Shown in pieces: positions 40,901 through 53,021 of a stretch of DNA of 64,000 bases (its first letter is position 1; each line of letters starts with the position of its first letter). This DNA is from Podospora anserina (lineage: Eukaryota), in assembly GCA_017654855.1 (NCBI GenBank), contig CM030335.1, positions 558,001 through 622,000 on the forward strand, given 5' to 3'. A model generated the notes under the pieces. The model did no database searches and was not told the origin of the DNA. It saw nothing but the letters and a program-made list of their open reading frames with translations. A program made the position numbers and the translations under genes.

Positions 40901-43538
40901 GGTAAGTGAGGTACGGTCTTAAGGATAGTAATACCCTCCTGGTCGGCCTAAACGGCTATATAGTTATCGTTAAAGGTCTTAGAGCTTTAAGTAAATTCCG
41001 TACTACCGTTAAGGCCGATAATATTAATTTTATACCCGGTTTAGCGCACGATCTTCGTTTCGAAATCCTTAACTTTATTAAATACCTACTTTTTCTTTAT
41101 TATAAAGTTAATTTACTTATAATTACTTTATATATTTATATATTGGATAGAGTATTTATAATTTAAATATTTAGGGTTTTTATAGGTAACGACGTTAATA
41201 CGGATAAAGTCGAACGGATTATTAATTTACGAAGGGGTCGATAAACTTAATTAATTTATTATTTTTACTATTACGTAAGGCTCGTAAAAAAAGTTATTAC
41301 CGACGAGCTTAATACCTACTTACGTATAAGCTTTATAAATATCGTCCTTATTAGTATATATTAAGCGGCGATATATTACCCGGTAATTAATAAATATTAT
41401 TACGGCTTTAATAAGAATTTTCGTTAAAGATATTTTATTAAAATCGGCGCCGGGCATCGTATTTATTTAATATATATTATTATTTTTAATTAACTTATAT
41501 ACTACCTATTTAATACCTTTAAGGATTAAGTTATAGCTCTTTTAATCCTAGAAAATACCTTTATCGAATAATTTACTCGCCGATATTAGATTAACGGGCG
41601 CCTATAGGTAGTATATTACTTTTTTAAGCTTTAAAGTAATAGCCTAGCTATTTAAAAGGGTAGATTATAGCGCTACGGTACCCTAGTAACTATATTTTAT
41701 AATATCTTTTAACGACGAAAGGAATTTCTTTTCTTTCCTCTTAAATAATAAGTGGAGCTCGGTAAACTACTTTAGTTTATTAAATATAAAATCCGCGTAT
41801 CCGGAGTCGTAGTATATGTGGTTTTTAAATACCTCGACGGCCTGTTAGACTTTAGGGGTATTTATTAAGGAGAGTATTACCTTTAGGGGCCGAGACGAAA
41901 ATCCGATTAATTATCGTTATAGTAAGTAGGGAACAATATATTAACGAAGTTATTGGATAGTATTAGGGTACTATAGGTAGGTCGGTCCCTCGAAGACCTA
42001 GTATTAGTAACGCCACTAGTATAGCCTTAAAGAGTCCCTATTGACGAACTAGTACTTTACTGCCTCTCTTGCCTATCCGCTTATATTTTTTCCTTATACT
42101 CCTAATCCTTTAGAGCTTTATTAAGGTTATACCACTAATAGGCCTTGCCCTTCGGGTAGTAACGACTATAGCCTATATAGTACTAATTACTTTTCTTTAA
42201 GCCTTTAATATATTAATCGCACTTCTTTATTAAGGTTAATAATATAGTAGGTAAAGGTATAGTCGCGGCCGGGGCCTTAGTAGTCTCGATAGTAATTTTA
42301 AAGTAAGCCGGCGTAGTCTCCTCCGTAACGGCTTTAGCGCTATACTCCTGGCAAAGAAGCGACCAGGTTATAGTACCGTCTTCCATCTTCCTTACTAGCC
42401 GGTCGTATAAATCGGGGTACGCGGTCTTGATGCCGTTCAGGGCAGCCCAGAGGTAAGCCACGTAACCGATCTTAATTTCCATTATATTAAAACGACGGTA
42501 AAGGACCTCGAGCCGGCTAAAGTAGGCTTAGAATAAAGCGAAGTTAGTACGCTTAAGAGTAAAATACTTCTCCAAAAGTATACCAGCGATATCGAAAGTG
42601 CCGCGCTATAAGGCTTGGATAATCTTCTAGTATAGACCATAGGCACCAATACCGTCGGCCTTTTAACCTAGGTTAAAAATTCGTTATCGGATCTCGGGCT
42701 TCTTAACGGAAGCCATTATTAGGTTCTAGATATCTAGGTTATTAGTACGCTATTAGTCGAAGACAGGTATCCCTTCTTCCGCTAGTAGCTATATATTAGC
42801 CTTAATGTAGTCCTCCAAGCCATAGTACATAAGGGACTGGGTTAACTAAAATTCCTAGCCGGAAAGATCGGTCTCTGAGTTTAAAGCCGGCAAGGCTTAA
42901 AAGGTTCGTTACCTAACCGTAGCGACGGTATTAGCATTCCCTATAGCTTTCACAAGCTCCAAGAGCTAGGCTATAGTAACGTTAGTGCTAGCTATTTTAA
43001 AAGAAAAACTGGTTAAAGAGAAGTCGTAAGAAAGACGCTGTGAGAAAGACGTCGAAAGAAAGACTCAAAGAAAGGCGCCACCTAACTTTGTGGCCGCCAA
43101 CAGTGGGTTGAATTGACTTGGGCAGAGGGCGAGATGCTTGCTCCGCTATCGGTCTCCTGATAAGGCAGGACAGAGTTCTCGACTGCTGCCGGAAAATAGT
43201 AATTTCCCAGCCAAAAGGTCGCAAAAATGGCAGAACCAAGGAAACTTGGCCAGGAGAAGGTTGGCGCCGTAAACCACACTCTTATCGGTGAGGGGTGGTC
43301 GGTCGCTTTAACTCTTCGTCAAGATGAGGGTCAGGGTTAAAACCAGGCTTCCGTTGATTGGGAAGTTGGTTAACTCTCTCAACGCTTCCAAAATCGCCGT
43401 CGAAAGGTCCAATTGCGTGATATTGGCCTGACAAGGGTCGAAAAGTCGTAAGGTCCGGTGTGGTATTCGGCCTTGCGAGGTCGGGTTGTCGACGAGGGCG
43501 TCGACTTCGGTTTGCTTGGTGATTTAAGCGTCAAAAGA

Positions 43539-43548
43539 GCTCATAACC
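43539..43548 (-). other. Putative primer-binding site GGTTATGAGC
   Basis: Immediately follows the 5' LTR on the minus strand; resembles the internal initiator-tRNA(Met) half-molecule PBS of copia/Ty5-type elements. Confidence 0.65.
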
Positions 43549-43734
43549 TGTTGGGCTGGCGACCTAGGAAAGTCACTGGCTGCGAAAATGAGGCTAAAAT
43601 GGCCAAAAAAAAATGGTAAGCAAATTGGTATTACAGTAGTTGGTTGTTGGTTAAAAAGTAAATAGTAAGAAAATCCAGCCCCAAGAGCAAACCGGTGTGG
43701 GTCTGGGAAAACCTGGGCCCTTTGGTGCCCCACA
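43549..43734 (-). repeat. 5' LTR of the copia element (186 bp)
   Basis: Differs from the other LTR by 3 transitions and 1 A-run indel. Confidence 0.95.
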
Positions 43735-44541
43735 CCTTGACTCCGGATGTGCTCGCAGGCGAACACCCGGGCACTGATCTGGCGATCGACAAGCGCGGGT
43801 TCAGCCTCGGCCACCGGGACATCAGCAGCGGGAGCAGCGCTGGCGGAGAGAACTCCGACGGCGAGCAGAGTGATGATGTTCTTGAGGTTGAACATTTTGT
43901 CTGTGGGCTGGAGGCAAGGTGGTGGTGAAGACAAGAGTCAAGGTTGCGGTGATGGAGTGAATCAAGAGGCTTTGATGGGGCAGGCAGGCCCCTTTTATAA
44001 GTTGTATTGGCTCTTTGAACCGGCAACCTTTAGTGTTGCGGTTCTGCTCAGCTGAAGACTCTTTGGGCAACCACTTCGGGCTCACGACGTTCCGCTGCAT
44101 GTAACAACATGGATCTAGATCGCTTAACCTAAAGGGAAATTGTGTTCAGTCCTTGCTTCAGTGGTTATGCTACGTAGTTTCGCATCCCGCGGCAGACAAA
44201 GTCACACAGTGTCAGGCCATGCTTCTAGTGCGAGGTGGCCCTCTAAGTCCGAGTCTCTGTGATGCGAGGGCCTTGTGTTGCCAGGGCTTCTCACCCAAAG
44301 GTCTTTAGTTGCGATTCCTCTAAAGCCCGAGGTGTCGACTAGCTCTGACTAAGATGATCATCAATCATTGGTAATTATCTACAGGTGCCTGGTACGACAT
44401 ATCTTGCCATACCTTGCCTTCGCATTCACTTGAAGTTTCTATAGTGGCAATATGACATGCCACTATGTGCTTATCCCCATTGGTCCAAATTGACATGGGG
44501 AGTTCAAGACAAAAAGCTGTCAGGATTCCCTTCCCGGTCTA

Positions 44542-46833
44542 TCAACGAGAAATAAACATGTCATCGAAGCCGATCACTTCCCACTTCTTCGTCTCAGTGT
44601 TCAAAGTCAGGTTGGTCCCCGTGGTAGTTCCCCCCTTTGCAAACCCAGCCTCTACCTTCCCGCCAGCTACAGGGCGGGAGAGTTTGTTTTCTCCCGAAAG
44701 AATAGTCAAATTCGCCAGGGGTAGTTCCCAAGGATTCCTCGTTGCAACCGTGGGTGATCCTAGCGATCCAATGTCAGCACTTGGCGTTACCGAGGAGATT
44801 CAAAGTTTGGTTGCACAAACCAAAGAAACCAGCCGTAACCTTGTCCTTTTGCACAGACAAGACAAAATATCCCCTATAGTACCCCTCATGCCACTGAAGC
44901 ACGTCGGTATCCCTCACTCTATTTCGGGCGTAAGTGTTGGCAGCACTGATCGGACCGGCCCGACCACTTGAGCTGACAGCTGTACCAGCGAATTCTACAC
45001 CTAGGGAGCCTGACCCGGTGGCAGGGTTGTAATCCAACTCGCCTAGCCATGTGACGTCGGCGACCTGATTACCTCCCCTGTCAATATCGGAGCAACGGAC
45101 GTGGCCGGGGTTAAACTCACCCAATTACGATGGCTATCACCGGCGAGGAAGACATTGTTGTCGATGTCATTGTCGATGAGAGTTTGCAGAGTGCGGTTAC
45201 GGTTGGCGGTATATCCCTGTCCAACCGCCATTGTCAGTCAGGCAGGGTTGTGATTCGCTTCCATAAGGAGATATACTCACGCCCCAAGTGTCAGCACCAG
45301 CTCCATCCGCACCAGAAAAAATAACTTGGCTGCCTATGATCCTCCACTTGGCACCCCTATCCTTGGACTCTTTCAGAGTACGATAGAACCAGCTCTCCTG
45401 TCTTCCGCCCATGAGAGACCGGGAGGCCTCATCGCGGATGAGCTCAATGTAGGCGTCGTTCCAGCCGAGGGAAGTGATGCTCCGGTCGTAGTTTCTCGTG
45501 TCCAAAATGAGAAGATCTGCGAGGTTGCCCAGTTCAAACGACCGCCAGATGCGGAGATTGTCGTCTAGATCTACCTGTCTATCATTTTCAGGTCAGCACA
45601 TGTAGGGTAAGACATGGTAACACCACTTCTCACCTGATAGGTATCCACTCAAAATACGCCCTGACAGCATTTATCTTTCTCTGGTCGATACTAACCATCC
45701 GGCCACCTTGGCGGAACGAAGCCTCGGTGTTGTTGAGCGCACTGAACCCATCTCGGTAGCCATTATTCGCCACCTCGTGATCATCCCATGTAGGAATCCA
45801 GGGGTGATTTGTTGCTAAGAGCTGGAGATCCGGGTCGGTTCGGTACTAATGATTCCTTATCAGCAACACTCGAGAAACTTGATCTAAACAGGCGCTTTAC
45901 CTGGCCATGACGAGTCCGATAGTCACCTAACGTAAAGGTCACGCGCGGGGGATCATGTGCCCTCTCGCCGCCACCGGCACTCTCGTAGATGTAATCTCCA
46001 AGATGGATCTGGAACCTTCAGCATTTCTCTTCCCGTTCCAAATGCGAGGATCACAAGCACTAACCACATAGTCCAACCCTCCCTTCCTCGCAGCATTCCC
46101 ATACGCGTTAAAGTACCCGTTTGCTATCGATGGTAGGTATTTAGCCCCCTTTTCACCCCTGAATAAAAAGGTAAATAAAGCTAAAAGAAAACCATCACTC
46201 ACGAAAGTTGCTGCAACTGAACACGGCCAACTTCACCTCGCTAATATTGTTATTTTTATCCGGCGTCGTCTTTGTTTTGCCAATCCTACTCTTCTTGTCC
46301 GACCCACAAATGGTGAACTGGTAGTTATACTCAGTAAACGGGCTCAAACCCCCAGCCTCGACTTTGATAGTGAAGTCAATGTCGCTCGTGGTGTACGCCC
46401 TGCCGCTGGTAACTATAGTCTCATTCCCTTGACGCTTCCACCCGGTAGTATTGGAGGATGTGGTAGGCCAAACAGCCCAATCGACATAGATGGGATTGGG
46501 ATCAGCTTTGATGTATCGCTTTGTCTCGTGAGAGTAGAGTAGGACGTTGCCTTCGACCGTGATGTTGCCGAGGTCGGACGCTAAAGACGGAGCGACGCGG
46601 GTCCAGAGGATGACACTTGTTGGGTAGGGGTCTCCAGAGGCTATACCGTGGGTGAAGTTCAGATCATCGGGAGAGTACGGGACCGAGTCGCGCTTGAGGG
46701 TGCGGCGCTGGACGGTGGGGAGGTCGATCCCGAGGTTGGAGTGACGGGTAGAGGGACTGTGGTAGTTGAGGTTGGTCGAGAGTTCAACGGCGGTCGCTAC
46801 GGCCGCAAGAGCGGAGAGAATGACGACTTTCAT
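44542..46833 (-). CDS. Secreted PhoD-family alkaline phosphatase, multi-exon; frame open but with RIP-like missense changes
   Basis: FTHGIASGDPYPTSVILWTR, AVFSCSN, IHLGDYIYE, PWIPTWDDHEVANN, AYFEWIPIR, LDTRNYDRS, FLAGDSHRNW, GVEFAGTAVSS. Confidence 0.9.
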
Positions 46834-47653
46834 GATCGGAATGACGACTGATTGATCTCCGACTTGCTCGGTCTGGAAAGGGCAAAGACGAAAGCCGTAA
46901 TAAATCCATGCTAGAAAGAAACATATTTCCTTTTAACAACCCTGGGAACCATTAGAGAATGGTAGCCATCGTGTGCTGGTACGTCATTGTCAGGAACACG
47001 CACTCTCAGAAATGTAGTTTATTGGCCGGGTAATTCTATCTCAGTATGCAAGAGATCTTGCAACCTGTCCTGCGTCGATGGTGAAATGTTGACAAACTTA
47101 GGAGTGATCATCTCCGGGCCTCAGTTCCTGTCCGTGATACATCGACATTTTTCCAGTTATTGCGCCCACGTGCTGGCCGGCAGCGAATTCATTGCTGCCC
47201 ACGCCGATCACCAAACGTGTGCAAATTTCACCTCTGATGGAGACATGCCAGGGGAGCTACACCACCTTCCAATCCGAGAACCAGGTCGAGTGGGGGACGA
47301 AGAGGGGCAGATCCGATGCATGGATGGGGCACGTGTTTTTGCCAATTGCCATCCAAGGGGCAGCATCGGCCTTGTGCTGGCCGCTCACCTTGGCTTCACC
47401 GATATTGCCCCGAGGTGAGCGTTATTGCCGAAGAAATCCACTACGTGTAACCTCAAGGTGAAGTCAGCCCTAAAGCTCCCAGCTTATCTCTGGGGGTGTC
47501 ATGGCCCAATCATGGTGTCTTCCTCGTTGGACTGTTGGTGCTTGGCGGGGGAAAATGTGAACGTGAACCAACAGCTTCCCAGTGTCCAGACCCAACTCCC
47601 AAGTCTTGCAAGTCCTCGCAAATTCTTTTCTGGTCGTCCCCAAACTCAACCAA

Positions 47654-49241
47654 CGATGATGATGGCACTTCAACATGCCCTTACTTGGCTGCCACCCAGC
47701 TTCCCCGTTGCCGCGGCGATAGCTGCCATCGTCCTCGCCGTCTTCATTAACACGCTTGCGACACCAAGAAGAGCAGACCCGCGGGACCACCTCTTCTAAA
47801 ACCCACCATCCCGTTCATCGGACACATCATCGGGTTGATCCGACACCAGGCAGATTACCACCGAATTCTACAGCGCAAATCCAAGCAGCCAATCGTTACA
47901 CTTCCTATACTTACAGGAAAGCTGTACGCCATCTTTGACCCCTCCTTAATCTCAGCCGGCCTCAAGAACAAGCACCTCTCAACGAAACCCCAGGTCAGAG
48001 CTGCCGTCGCGCCGTTGATAAAAGCCAGCAAAGGCACCGTCGACCTCATGATGAGCGAGCAGGGCGACGTGCTTCAAGACCGCATAATGCTACACGCCAT
48101 CCCGACTAGTTTCTCTAGGGAGCTACAGCAAAGTTTTATCGAGGCCGCCTTGCAAAAAGTATCCCGGCAATTCACCTCCTTCTCTAAGTCCAACTAATAA
48201 CAAAATATCCCTAGTATTTGGCTTTGGATCAGGAATATTGTCGCAAAGGCCACGACACCACCGGTATATGGCAAGCACCAGGACCCTTTCTCCCAGGACC
48301 CGAGCCTGCTACAATCTTTCTAGGACTACAACGAATCTATCATGGTACTAATGATAGACATCCTGCCGTCCTTCATCGCCAAGAAAAGCCACCTCGGGCG
48401 TATAAAGCTAGCCCAAGCCTTGACTCCTTACTACTCCTCCCAGGCAGAACAGTACCCTGCCGCCTCTGCCCTTATTCGTCTTCGTGCGCAGGAAATGCGC
48501 AACGCCGGTCTCCCAGTGGAGGATATCGCTAAGATTGAAACCCTCCTCCCTCTCGCAGCAATAACTAATACCGTCCCGACTTTGTTCTGGTTCTTTAGCC
48601 ATGTCTTCACACGGCCGGCTCTCGTTAAGCAACTCAGGAAAAAAGTAGAAGACAACTTACTCACCAGAGACGGCCCCAAAGCAAAACTGACCGTCTCGTT
48701 AGCTATGCTCGAAGAGAAAACACCTTTCCTGTGGAGCTGCTATAGAGAAACCCTCCGTCTTACTGTCCACCAAATCGCCACGAGGATAGTAATGCAAAAC
48801 ACGACTATCACGTCCCCCAAAACGGGACAAATATATTTTCTTGCAAAGGGAACCGTAGTTCAAATATCGATTGGGGCATCTCACTTTCTTCCGGAATACT
48901 GGGGGGAGAAGTACCTAGATTTCAAACCTGATCGGTTTTTGGGGTTAACGAAGGAAGAGGAGAGGGCGTTTAAGGTGGCTTATCAGCCGTTTGGCGGTGG
49001 ATTGCATCTCTGTCCGGGGAGGCATTTTGCCTTGGCGGAGATGATGGCTGTCATAACGATATTGCTGGTTGGGTTTAAGGTTAGGGGTTTGGATGGGGAG
49101 GGGGAGTGGAGGGAGCCTGGGAGGGGGACGGCGAGTATTATTGATGCGGCTACCAGGCCAAAGGATTATGGGGCGGGTTTTGGGGCGAAGGTTCGGAGGA
49201 GGGAGGGGTGGGAGGATGTTGTCTGGGAGTATAAGTTTTAA
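47654..49241 (+). pseudogene. Cytochrome P450 pseudogene (CYP7-like, Asn-type I-helix)
   Basis: N-terminal TM plus PPLLKPTIPFIGH hinge after a 1-bp deletion at ~47787; in-frame TAA TAA (48195-48200) and TAG (48321-48323); AAITNTVP, RETLR, FKPDRF, heme motif FGGGLHLCPG. Confidence 0.9.
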
Positions 49242-49583
49242 GTAAGGGAGGTTGCTCCCCAGGTAGGTTGACTATGGAGGCGGTAAGAGATGCGTGCCCG
49301 TTATGGCCAATTCAGAGTTTTCGACACTCATTGGGCTCTTATTATTCACTTTGTTGAGTGGCCATCTTGGCGAGCAAGTCGTCGTGGAAACAAGCTTCGA
49401 GCCATTTGAGCCACGAATCCTCGCCAGGAGCAAGTGGGTCTTGAGACAGACTTTTTACATGGGTGCGCTTTGCTATAAATAGAAACCTTTTCACTTACAC
49501 CTTTTTTTTCTCTTCTTTTTTCACACCACATTTCACACACCACATTTCACAGCACCGACACCGTTTCGGTATACCTCACAACA

Positions 49584-50603
49584 ATGGCTGAAACATTTCC
49601 TCGCTTCCCTCGGCTACCCTATGAGCTTCGGTATATAATCTGGGAATTCGCTATCCGACCGGCCGCACCTGGAGCGCACATTTTCACTATCTCCGACAGT
49701 ACAAACACAACCTCGGATGATTCTCGAGAAAATAAAGGTCATGTTTTAGTCTGCCAGCCGCGTTGCGATCAGACTCGGGGTGGAAAAGCCGACGGACAAC
49801 TCAACAACCCGTCAACCTATATTGCCGATAGCGGACTATGGACGGCGTGCAGGGAGTCCAGGAATATTATGGAACGAAAGTTGCTACAGCGCGAGGATCG
49901 TCCGATCTTATTTTGGGGCGACTCGAGTGATGGGCCGTCGCCTGTTAACCCTGAATGCTGGACGAATCGGCAGATCGCCCTCTTCCCCACGCGAGATCTC
50001 ATCATCCTCCAGTCTCAAATTTTCACTCCTTTTCGATGGACGGTGATGCCTGGGTCTCTTGATTGGGACAAGCCTACCTACCGCCAGTCACAGCTACCGT
50101 CGTGCGCTTTCTGGTCAGCAATGAAGAACGTGACAAGCCAAGCAGCACGACACATTGCCGTGGAGTACAATCCTGCCTGGGACTCCATGTCACTTCACTG
50201 GGGAGAAGTCACCAGGTTTGTGGACCTACTCTTAGGCCCGTCACGCGCCGAACTGGATTCCGGGCCGACATATGTGTGGTTTATCGACTACCGCCTTAAG
50301 AGAAGAAACCGCGTTCCAACCGAGAAACAACTTCGAACCGAGAGTGAAAGGGAGGAGCCGAGAGTGTATTATGGGGATGGCTGTCGCTACGTGGAGGTGT
50401 CTGAGCAGGATTCAGGGGAATCTGGAGATGGAGAGTGGAATGACGCCTTTGGGGCAGACCGCTGGCACCCTTTTAACAACAAGCCCATGTTCTCTAGGAA
50501 TGGAGTGCGTGGCTGCGTCAAAAGGGCAAAGGCGTTGCTTTACAAGGATGAGGAGTATGTTGACCGAGTCAACATTGGTATTTTGGCTTGTGAATCCTTG
50601 TGA
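49584..50603 (+). CDS. 2EXR-domain protein
   Basis: N-terminal FPRFPRLPYELRYIIWEFAIRP and GLWTACRESR. Confidence 0.85.
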   Translation: MAETFPRFPRLPYELRYIIWEFAIRPAAPGAHIFTISDSTNTTSDDSRENKGHVLVCQPRCDQTRGGKADGQLNNPSTYIADSGLWTACRESRNIMERKLLQREDRPILFWGDSSDGPSPVNPECWTNRQIALFPTRDLIILQSQIFTPFRWTVMPGSLDWDKPTYRQSQLPSCAFWSAMKNVTSQAARHIAVEYNPAWDSMSLHWGEVTRFVDLLLGPSRAELDSGPTYVWFIDYRLKRRNRVPTEKQLRTESEREEPRVYYGDGCRYVEVSEQDSGESGDGEWNDAFGADRWHPFNNKPMFSRNGVRGCVKRAKALLYKDEEYVDRVNIGILACESL

Positions 50604-51045
50604 TGAGTACATAAACTAATGCGGGTAGGCGTTTGGAGGGCACAGATTTACAGCGGTTTCAAAAGATAGATGTTGATTTTCGATAGAAACAAAATTAGAA
50701 TTCACTTTGTCTTACTATCTGCCCGGTGATATGGGTGTAGCGCTTTGGCGTTTCATTCGTCGAGACTGACGTTTATCTGCGGTCTCGTATCATATAGAAC
50801 GCATCTATCCCGCAGTGAAATAACACCTAGCGCCCTAAGCGCGGAAAGCATTCTGAATACTGCCTCGCTGGATGCCTTGTTTTGCCTTGTCCGCGCGACC
50901 CCAAAGTTCGCAGATTTTGGAGCAAATCTGCCGATTCTCCTGTAAAGAATCTATCAACTTGTCTATCTGTGATATATCACTGCTTCCCTAGAGTTTGACA
51001 GCACAGAGAGGCACATGCCAGCGTCTGCTTAATTTTTCCAACGCC

Positions 51046-52846
51046 ATGGCTGAAGTTGTAGAACTAGTGGTTGCCGCAAACTCTCTTGCAAAGACTTGTT
51101 CGACTTTTTGGAAACTTGGAGCTGATGGTTGAAATAGGCCGAGAGACCCCCGAGACGGTAGAAAGGGAGATCAGAAACTACGGCCTTATGTTGACGACCT
51201 GTTTCACGGCTGTTGAATGTGAGCAAAACTCTCTCGAGGCGCGCTGGCCAAAGGAAGAGTCTTCTTGTACGCCCGCCATGAAGTACTTGAGGAAAAACAA
51301 TTCCCTGCGCGACATCAGACGTCTCACTCGAGCGATAAGACACAAGATTGATGATCTTGCGGACAAGACCGCACAATTCCCAAGCAGTCTGCAGCTGATG
51401 TTGAATTTCAAATGGCATCTCCTCAAGCCGAATTTCACTGCCCTCTTACCATTCATGGAAACCCTCAAGTCAGACCTGATATTGGCTCAGAATACCTTGA
51501 AGCTGGAATCCCTCTTTGCAAGAGTGGAAACCAGAAAGGAAGAATATGCACGGGCACCGAGCGGTGAAATGATGTTCATTGAGGAAGAAATGTATGTTCC
51601 TCCCACCCATCTATTTCTCACTGTCGGGCCGGTTACTAACGAAAAGGATATCCAACAGCAGAGAAATAAAAAGGTCATATGGCTCAGTTGGTTTCCATGA
51701 TCCATGACCCTCAAGAGCATCCTGATATTACCGATGCGAGGAAGAGGCGGAGTGTCAGCCAGAATAAAGTCCTGGCGTTTTTAGCAGATTCCATGATTGC
51801 AAAGGGCATAGTGCTAGGGTCCCCGCCGCCAAGAGACTACAGAATTCCAAAGCAACCAGTTCTAGATCCCGGGCGCCGGTCAGGGCACCGCGCCGACAAT
51901 ACCTATAACCACATCCCGCATCGATACGGAGACATGGAGGTATCGCCACCGTCATCAGGGCTAACAACACCGCCCTCGTCCGAGCCGCCAACACCGAGCT
52001 CAACCAGCTCCCACATGATATCACCCCGGAGAAAAGACCCATATCAGTCCAGCTCCTCAAGATTCCGTACCGAATCTCCAGAAACTTTATCGAGAGAAGA
52101 AGCTCGTTCCATCCCTGCGAATCCGCCTCCTCCGCCCAAAAGAATTCCCTCAGCAGCACGACCATCACGGAAGGACAACATATCTAGCATACAAAACGAC
52201 CCAGCTTCTCGAATAGACGTGAAATCCAGCGTTTCACGGCAAGTGGAAGACAAGCGAAAGACAGTGGCAGTGAAAGGGAAACGCGAGACAACAGCATCCA
52301 GCTCAAAGTCCACCCCAACAAAGCTCAGGTTACAATTCGAACTGGAATCACCACACACCCAAATCCTCACCTCCCGCCACCGCGCCAACAAGCCTGTCTA
52401 TGGCCACATTAGTAGCCAGACTGAGAAATACCTCCAGGATGCACACCTCCACTCAGATAGAAAGATCAACATCATCTCGGTGGACCTGGCAGAACAACTG
52501 GGGTGGCGACCAGACAGCAGTCAGAAGAGAAAACCGCTGTATACCGCGTATGGAGAGGATGCAACGGTAGACGTGGTGGGCGCAGTTGAGATTGCAATTG
52601 TAATTCCCGGAAGGGTGGAACTTCGGAAGGAGTTTGATTTTCAAGTGTGCGAAAGGGGTCATGGAGTTGTTTTACCTGATTTTGGGGGTGAGAGTTCAGG
52701 AGTGGTTGATGCGCTGGGGTGAGGAGCAAGCTAAGGCACGGGCATGCTATCGAACGGGGCCGGGCATGAAGAAGGTGGGAGCAGCAACAAGTTGGAGGGA
52801 GAGAAGACTCAGAAGGTTGGTGATAATGTTGGTAAAGGGCACGTGA
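51046..52846 (+). pseudogene. HeLo-like (fungal N-terminal) domain + Ser/Pro-rich linker + retropepsin-like domain; three +1 frameshifts
   Basis: MAEVVELVVAANSLA..REIRNYGLML..NFKWHLLKPNFTALLPFMETLKSDLILAQNTL (HeLo-like pattern); intron 51592-51658; C-terminus DAHLHSDRKINIISVDLAEQLG..VVGAVEIAI..FDFQVCE / FYLILG (retropepsin-like). Confidence 0.55.
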
Positions 52847-53021
52847 GAGGTCCAAAGACGGGAAACACATCAGGTCAGCAAAGGAAATAACTAGGATGGG
52901 TTGAAATGGAGAAACGATGCCGGTTATAGGGAAGGAAAGGACAGATCGGAAGTGGGTGCACTTGGGGTCAGGAGTCAAGGGAGATTCAGGGGTAACAAAA
53001 CAACTACGTTATCTAACAAAA

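Larger units (their letters stand above)
37809..43734 (-). mobile_element. Full-length Ty1/copia LTR retrotransposon, RIP-inactivated
   Basis: Paired LTRs TG..CA; TSD CCTTG at 37804-37808 and 43735-43739. Minus-strand order: gag, protease (YYDSG ~41800), integrase (TVPHLP*INRKGKRA ~40900), RT (DFKIAFLNA ~39355, LYGL ~39250, YVNN ~39115, TRPDI ~38780), RNase H (GFVDALHAD, ALSTTEVEF, MPADGFTK). Many TAA/TAG stops; AT-rich interior. Confidence 0.96.
37457..43895 (-). pseudogene. Small secreted beta/gamma-crystallin-like protein gene interrupted by the copia insertion (coding parts 43735-43895 and 37457-37808)
   Basis: Removing the element and one TSD copy gives MFNLKNIITLLAVGVLSASAAPAADVPVAEAEPALVDRQISARVFACEHIRSQGACITFNAPIAQCFNVPAAWNDRISTIINQDRNLFRCVWFEHGGCSGRSYANQVDDHLGDGDGYFNDRISSIRCG*, with 2 canonical introns and two NDRIS[ST] Greek-key-like motifs. 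Confidence 0.85.

Noticed and set aside
40253-41166. Plus-strand AT-rich ORFs
   Set aside because: Artefacts of the RIP-mutated retrotransposon interior.
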